A stretch of 64,000 nt of DNA from Vicugna vicugna (taxonomy: Eukaryota), in contig MU058221.1 in assembly GCA_013265495.1 (NCBI GenBank), positions 248,001 through 312,000 on the forward strand. Reading direction: 5' to 3'. Positions within the stretch are counted from its first letter, which is position 1. Every line of letters starts with the position of its first letter. This document shows positions 62,930 through 64,000 of the stretch, one piece after another. Under the pieces are notes generated by a model, which saw only the letters and a list, made by a program, of their open reading frames with translations, made no database searches and had not been told where the DNA came from. A program made the translations under genes and the position numbers.

Positions 62930-63560
62930 TGTTATGCCGACTGCCTTTGTGCTCAGAACTCGTACCGCCGACCTAATGACGGACAAGATGACGGTCATGC
63001 CCGTAGCCACTTGCGGCAAAGGCCTCCGCGTGGCCTCACACTGCAGTGGAACGAAGAGAAGCTGCACACGGTGGCGGGGGGGGGGCAGCGGATGCCCGGA
63101 GCGGAGCCGGGGCTGCGTGGAAGGAGCGGCCTGACGGCGGCCTCACGAGCGCGCACCGCCGGGGAGGGGGGAGGGAGGGAAGCGCGCCCCCGGCCGGGTC
63201 CCCGCCCCAGCGACCGGAAGAGCAGCGGCCAGGCCGCCCGCGGGCTCGCCTGGGCAGACGCGGCGCAGCTGCCGCCGAAAGGGCTCGAGGTGGACGAGAC
63301 ACACGTAAGTCCCAGCTGTCCCTCTGGGCCTTACTCAGTGACAACACAGGGCCGCGGTGGTCGCGGCTGGGGACGACACCAGCCGTCCACGGCTCGCGCC
63401 TCCTGCGAGATTCTGCCTTTGGCAGAGTACCCCGTTTTCGTAAGCTGCTGGCGGGGTCCCAGCCAGAGCAGCAGGGCCGGCCTCGCGCGTCCCCCTCGTG
63501 CGACCCGCTCCGGGCCGTCAAATAAATGCCCGTCTTCGTAGGAGCTCATCCTGCCGTTTC
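62930..63560. promoter_or_regulatory. CpG island
   Basis: Very high GC and CpG density over about 600 bp. 5' splice-site-like CAC|GTAAGT at 63305. Confidence 0.6.
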
Positions 63561-64000
63561 CAGAATACAATGTGAGTATTCATTATCCAGACCGCGGAGC
63601 AAGTATTCAACCCAAAGACCGACTTCTTTCAGAGCCACGACAATGGCTAGCGGGCTTGGTGGAAGGAAGGAAGAGAACATTCGGAGTAAAGCCAGGCTCT
63701 GCCGTTAGCACAGCAATTCCAGCAACAAACTTCACCCCCTTTTACGCATCTGAAAGATAAAAGATTTTTAACAACTGATTTCTAAGGTCCCTTCTGGCAT
63801 TAAAAGCCAGTAATTTTATATCCTTCATGTTCATGTAATGGCAAATTCAGTAACTACATCCTTTTTTCCTGATTATCTTCTGGAAAAATATCTGAGGATG
63901 CCTAACACTTAAGCCAATATTTCTGTGACTGCCTTTTTGGGAAATGATTATGTGTGTGCTGGCAAAGTCCCTGGTGTTAACTGGTGCTGGGTTAACGTCA

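Noticed and set aside
62810..63541. 243-aa ORF and overlapping 159-161 aa ORFs
   Set aside because: These are Arg/Gly/Pro/Ala-rich products of a stop-poor CpG island, open on both strands, with no recognisable domain.

Overview
This is mammalian non-coding DNA, probably camelid: a tRNA-derived SINE at about 39366-39518 resembles Vic-1, identified from memory of that family. I found no intact protein-coding gene. The only recognisable protein homology is decayed retroelement sequence (ERV1 gag/pro and L1 ORF1/ORF2). The window holds the 3' part of a non-autonomous ERV1-like provirus (1-4667) and five solo LTRs. Four of those LTRs have exact or near-exact 4-bp TSDs, they include two same-family pairs in inverted orientation, and one LTR sits inside another. 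There are also many L1 pieces (one a clear twin-primed 5'-inverted insertion with a 14-15 bp TSD), MaLR/MIR/L2 relics, simple repeats and four small CpG-rich islands. The most interesting pattern is a series of narrow GC-shifted patches inside old AT-rich transposon relics. One appears to have turned part of an ancient L1 into a CpG island with a strong CTCF motif, consistent with GC-biased gene conversion. Repeat family names come from recalled consensus features, and most boundaries of old repeats are approximate. I saw no convincing novel gene system.
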